Assembly: GCF_009914755.1 (NCBI RefSeq)
Contig: NC_060931.1
DNA: 64,000 nt
Origin: the human T2T-CHM13v2.0 reference genome, Homo sapiens
Strand: one strand, 5' to 3'
Shown: one piece after another, positions 58,791 to 64,000 of the stretch
Position numbering within the stretch: position 1 is the first letter of the stretch
How the letters are laid out: each line of letters opens with the position of its first letter
Notes under the pieces: generated by a model
The model's input: the letters and a program-made list of their open reading frames with translations, nothing else
Database searches by the model: none
What the model was told of the DNA's origin: nothing
Program-made: the position numbers and the translations under genes

Positions 58791-58899
58791 CTACCAAGAG
58801 TTGCCTTATTCTTTCAGACAAGAAAACAAAGACCCAAGGATAAAATGAAACATGATAGTGGTCAAATAAATATCTGTATTGAAAAAAATGTAACTTATG

Positions 58900-59520
58900 A
58901 CATCAGTAAGAAGATATTATAGAAGTATTATAGATATAAATATGAAAGATGAAATAATAAACTTGCAGATAATACGTAGGAGACTAGCTTCATGACCTTG
59001 GTGAGGTGAAAACATACTAAGCAGGGGAAAAAGAGGAATACATAGGAAAAGAGAAATAATTTTGACCATATTAAATTAAGAGCTTCTATTCATCAAAAGA
59101 CACCAAAAAGAGTATGGAAAAGGAAGCCACAAACTGGGATAATTTCTTCTTGTTAAGCCATATAACCAGCAATGATAACAATTTCTAAAACACAAAGCAA
59201 ACTCCTATGAGTCAATAATAAAAGAGAGGAAAAGAAAAATGAGCAGGAGACCTAAACTAACATGTCAAATGAAGAAGATGATCAGCTCAAAAATGAACTT
59301 CCTAGCACAAACCCAAACTCATTAGTCATTAGGAAATGCAGATTAAAATTGTATGGGATACAGATACAGCCAAAACAATGGTTAAATCTAAAGATGGAAA
59401 ATATAAGTGTTGACAAGGACTTGGAACAGTGCGAGTTTTATTATAATCTTTAAGGAAGTGTGGCATGGTGTAGCCACTTTGAAAAGTCTTTGGAATTATC
59501 TGCTGTCATGAACGATGTGC
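58900..59520 (+). mobile_element. L1ME-like ORF2 fragment
   Basis: aaattaagagcttctattcatcaaaagacacc...tcattagtcattaggaaatgcagattaaaa. Confidence 0.65.
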
Positions 59521-59724
59521 TTCATTTTCTGGGCCATGGACCCCAACACAAAGTTGGATAGAAGAGATAATTTTAGGTATCATTTTTGGTTTCCTAATTT
59601 TAGGAAAATTTTTATACCTTTAAGGATGATGTGTGCTGTAGAATTTTTGTGAATACATTTTTTATGTTAAAAATATTTTGTTTTTTTAATTTTTAATTCA
59701 CCACAAGTTTTTATCCTTAACACA

Positions 59725-60090
59725 TGTATTAGTCTGTTCTCACGCTGCTAATAAAAACATACCTGAGACTGTGTAATTTATAAAGAAAAAAGGTTTAACT
59801 GACTCACAGTTCCACATGGCTGGGGAGGCCTCACAACCATGGCAGAAGGCAAATGAGGAGCAAAGTCATGTCTTACATGGTAACAGGTAAGAGAAAGCAT
59901 GTGCAGGGCAACTTCCCTTTATAAAACCATCATATGTCGTGAGACTTATTCGCTATCATGAGAATAGCATGGGAAAGACCTGCCCCCTTGATTCAATTAC
60001 CTTCCACCAGGTCCCTCCCATGACACATGGGAATTATGGGAGCTACAATTCAAGGTGAGATTTGGGTGGGGACACAGCCAAACCATATCA
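59725..60090 (-). mobile_element. THE1 (B/C-like) MaLR solo LTR
   Basis: tgtattagtctgttctcacgctgcta...gagatttgggtggggacacagccaaaccatatca; TSD acaca/ataca. Confidence 0.93.
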
Positions 60091-60512
60091 ATACACAGTG
60101 TATGTTGATTTTTATCAAATGCCTTTTATTCCTTTTTTGAGATCATATTTTTTCTCCTTTTTCTCTTAATGTTTGAATCAGATTGATTGATTTTTGAATG
60201 TCAATTCCAAACTTCAATTCCTAGAATGACTTCAATTCGGTTATGACATTTTGTTATTTGTGTATATTTGCCATGGTAATATTTTCTTTCATGTTTTTTA
60301 TATGTTTCTTGCATTGTCTTTGTCAAGAGTATTCTTGTCCTCAAAATACAAGTTGGTTTTATTTCAATTAATACAAAAATTTGCATTTTTATACAAAAGT
60401 TTAAGTAGCTAAGAGTTCCATGGTTTTATCATTTGGAATTGTTTTTAATGTCTTTTTTAAAAAGTACTCAAAAATAATGATACCTGAGTTGATACTAAAA
60501 AATACATAGATG

Positions 60513-60635
60513 TGTTATAAGCACAGATATGTGAAAGGTAAAAGATAATGGGACATGAATAGTGCTGGGGTGAGGTGTTAATATTTCCACCAAAAGGGAT
60601 AAGAGCTCCATGGGATACTACTTTTCACTATTTAT
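60513..60635 (+). repeat. Local direct repeat, copy 1 (copy 2 at 63878-64000)
   Basis: About 95% identical over 123 bp by manual alignment. Confidence 0.93.
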
Positions 60636-61046
60636 TGAAATAAGACTAAGTCTAACATGATCTTATAATATCTGGTAGTTTCCAAAAAGCAAATTTTTTT
60701 TTTACTATTTCTGAAATAGTTTTGAAATAATACAGGACCTGCATTTTCAAGTTTGACAATTTTATGTTAAAAACAGGTAAATAGTTAATTGAGCCAATTC
60801 CACCCCCACTCTGAATCTTAGATTCAGCCATCTGAAAAGAGTAAAATGCTCTCTACTGTGTCAGAGTCTGTGTGTCCAGGGAAGGTATAGAAATAGGACA
60901 GAATAGGATGCTAACTCAAATTAAACCCATAGAATTAATGCTTTTGAGTTGCATTGATTAACAGGTAAATTCCCAATCAATACTACCATTCATGTGTGGT
61001 TTTTTTCTTATTCAAGGTGAGTGAAGTGTTTATGAGAATCTAACCA

Positions 61047-61602
61047 TGTTGCTGGGTCTCCCTCCATTTTTTGATGTTGGACTGCTGCTGACATCTATTA
61101 AGCCCCAACCTTTCTTCTTCTCCTTGTGCCCCACATCTGGGCAAGATAAGATGCCTGGGCGCTCCTTCCTTTGGCACCAGTGCAAGATTAAAACCATGCA
61201 AGTGCCTGTCTGCTTGAGAGAACTTTCATCCCAGCCCCAGCCCTGGCCACAGCCCTACACAGCAGGAGCCATGTAGGACCTGCTTGAGAAACCTGCTCTG
61301 CTCTCCCCAGAGATCTCGATTTTGACTTTTTCATACTCTCTTGGTGTATGTGTGTGTGTGTGTGTATTCAATTACCTTCCACCAGGTCCCTCCTATGACA
61401 CATGGGAATTATGGGAGCTACAATTCAAGGTGAGATTTGGGTGGGGACACAGCCAAACCATATCAATACACAATGTATATTGATTTTTATCAAATGCCTT
61501 TTATTCCTTTTTTGAGATCATATGTGTGTGTAGTACCAACAGTCTTGACATCCAAACCAAATTTTGGATGGAGTCCATCTGCCTCTGAAGGTGGCCATAA
61601 CA
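61047..61602 (+). mobile_element. MER54-like ERVL LTR, interrupted by a templated insertion
   Basis: tgccccacatctgggcaag...ctccttcctttggcacc...gacatccaaaccaaattttgg...ggccataaca. Confidence 0.65.
61366..61523 (+). repeat. 158-bp copy of 59991-60148 (THE1 end plus flank)
   Basis: 155/158 identical; includes sequence outside the THE1 LTR. Confidence 0.96.
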
Positions 61603-61793
61603 CTGACAAAATAGAAAACCTGTTATTTAAATTCTTGGTTATAATTTGAAATGTTTAATAGAAACTGACATCACAGAATGGTACTGCAATTTAAAAATGT
61701 GACTGAATACAATTGTATTATAAACAGTGTCTAAATGCTTAGTCCAGTATTGTTGTTATAATTGTAAGCTCAGGTGCACTAGGCTGGTAACAG

Positions 61794-62327
61794 TGTTACT
61801 GGTAGAAGGTGTCCAGGTCCTTGGCATCTCGAACAAAGAATTGGAAAAAATGCACAAACAAAGCAAGGACAGCAAATACAGGGATTTATTGAGAATGAAA
61901 GTACACTCCACAATGTGGGGGTGGGCCTGAGCATAGAGGCTCACGGGCCCTGCTTACAGAATTTTCTGGGGTTTCAATACTCTAGAGGTTTCCCATTGGT
62001 TACTTGGTGTACATTCTACGTACATGAAGAGAATGAAGTGAAGTCACAGAGTCGTTTACTTGGAATGCACCCTATTGTAAATGGAGAGGACATTACTTGG
62101 TTTGTGTGATCTAGGTAAATGGAGAGGATGAATATGAAGTTACAAAGTGTAAATGGAGAGGACGTTACTTGGTGTGTGTGGTCTACTTCAATGGAGAGGA
62201 TGAAGTGAAGTTACAAAGCTATTCACGTTCCTGTCATGGCTGAGGGGCTTTCACTTGATTTAGTTCTAGGAAGTCAGCGTGCATCGGCCTTATGTTCTCT
62301 ACCTCCAAGCCCTATTCTCCTGCCTCA
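61794..62327 (-). mobile_element. MER61-like ERV1 solo LTR
   Basis: tgttactggtagaaggtgtccagg...gatttattgagaatgaaagtacactccac...ccctattctcctgcctca. Confidence 0.85.
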
Positions 62328-62689
62328 GTAGCACTGCAACCTAGAGAGCATTTGTCTGTTTGACTGTTAAGGCTTCCATGTTCGAGATGTGTGGTGAGTC
62401 GACCAGAAACATTGTTGTAATTTCAGTTTGATAAAGTTGAAGAAGTACATATGCTTGCAGATGAAGGTAAATTTTTAGGGGTTCAATCTGTAATTGAATA
62501 TTAAACAAATAACACAAAATTGACTAGATTCATATGTAAAGTAAAATATGCCCTAAAAAATAAGAAATGCTGTTTTTAAAACTGCATGCTAGCTAATAAA
62601 CTGGATATTATTTTAAACTCAAATACCTATAAACAGTCTCATCTATAAACATCCTCCCCACCCTAACTGAAACCCAACTGACATAAGGA

Positions 62690-62815
62690 AGAGCCTAGAG
62701 AGGGAGGAGAGGAGGAAGAAGCTTGAGAGAGAAGAAGCTGTAGGGAAGACAAGCTTGAGAGAAGAGAAGTTTGAGAAAGAAGAAGCTGAGGGAGGAGAAA
62801 CTTGAGAGTGGGCGG
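62690..62815. repeat. Purine-rich degenerate minisatellite (gaagaagcttgaga-like units)
   Basis: About 6 imperfect 16-18-nt units. Confidence 0.7.
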
Positions 62816-63877
62816 AAGATCACTGAGATGGTGGAGAGTCACAGGTGTGTGAGTAAGGAGAAGATAGGGAGACAGTGGGCAAAGGAGACTTGTGAATCAA
62901 GGAGGTTGCAAACATGATAAAAAAGACCTGTGGAGCATCTTCATGAGCAACAGAAACAGCAGTCGTGCTGTCCATGTATGTCTAGAAAGAGAGGGAGTTG
63001 AACCATCCTCAAGGTTTCCAGTAGCCTTAGGCAGTATACAAGAGCATTTGAGAATATTCTTGTCTTGAAAGAGACAAGCAAGTTACTGATACTGCTCGAA
63101 CTAAGGAGCTCTGACATTGGAAGAGATGGCAAGACCCCTGGGAAGACCTGATGATAGGGACAAAGAAGGCACCAAAAACACCAAAAGAGACTCCCAACCA
63201 ATGCCAGCACAGATGAGTTACACCTCAGCCGGTGATAGTAGAAGACAGAGGGTGCCCACAAAAATATCTCCAATGCCTTAATACTCCACCAGCAGCCCGA
63301 TGACACCTTTCAGAGAAGAAAAGGCAATTCTAAAGTGTTGAAGAAATCCCTGTTGTATCTGAGATTAGCCTGAATTGGTAAGATCAGGTAATTGGCCACT
63401 AGGTTGTTTGGGACTCTAAATAGGTTAGTCGTATAAACAACAGAAAGTTTATTTGACCTTTATGCCCATCTGAAAAGCCAAAGCCCACATATAATTCTTG
63501 GCAATGAGTTATGACTTAATAAAAGTTATTTCCATTATACTGATCATAAAAGTCTTTTTCCAGTGTGAAGTACTAAGTACCATAAAGTATTAAGCAGCTT
63601 TGTCATCAACAGCAGCATTCTGAATTTCCAGGCTCTTGATAAGTTGTGGTTACACACCTTGAAACAATCACATCTGGAACCTGTCCTAGGAGTTAGGGCA
63701 GTTGGACTTATCTCCAATAATAATCCTTCCTGAATTAATTCAACATCCACAATGTTTGTCATCAATTAATAAAAGGAAACATAGAATTAAACAAATCCCA
63801 CATGGCAATTATGAGAAAGGCCATAAAAGGAAAACATATTATTTTCTAAGAAACAAAGAAATACAGAACGCCTCTTA

Positions 63878-64000
63878 TGTTATAAGCACAGATATGTGAA
63901 AGATAAAAGATAATGGGACATGAATAGTGCTGGGGTGAGGTGTTAACATTTCTACCAAAGGGATAAGAGCTCCATGGGGGTACTACTTTTCACTATTTAT
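63878..64000 (+). repeat. Local direct repeat, copy 2 (truncated by window end)
   Basis: Matches 60513-60635. Confidence 0.93.

Overview
This is primate (human-like) non-coding genomic DNA. It is AT-rich, CpG-poor and dominated by interspersed repeats: about 19 Alu/FLAM/FRAM copies, two long decayed L1 elements (L1MB-like ~2.3-9.8 kb, L1MC-like ~43.0-49.9 kb), many L1, L2 and MIR fragments, MaLR/ERV LTRs (MLT1, MLT2, MST, THE1, MER4, MER54, MER61, MER66, LTR15-like) and hAT MITEs (MER3, MER33). I find no supportable protein-coding gene, RNA gene or CRISPR array. The listed ORFs are Alu-, L1- or microsatellite-derived, or chance ORFs. I cannot support a novel multi-gene system here. The notable signals are structural: (1) a TSD-flanked, polyadenylated ~165-nt retrocopy of an unidentified transcript 3' end (5601-5779); (2) a 158-bp local templated insertion into a (TG)n tract (59991-60148 copied to 61366-61523); (3) a second local duplication running off the window end (60513-60635 vs 63878-64000); (4) a mini 3' transduction on an L1PA8; (5) an old twin-primed L1 with an LTR at its inversion junction; (6) a candidate 36-nt microexon and a CpG/ACGTG motif cluster. 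Repeat subfamily names come from my recall of consensus sequences, not from a RepeatMasker run, and boundaries of old repeats are approximate.
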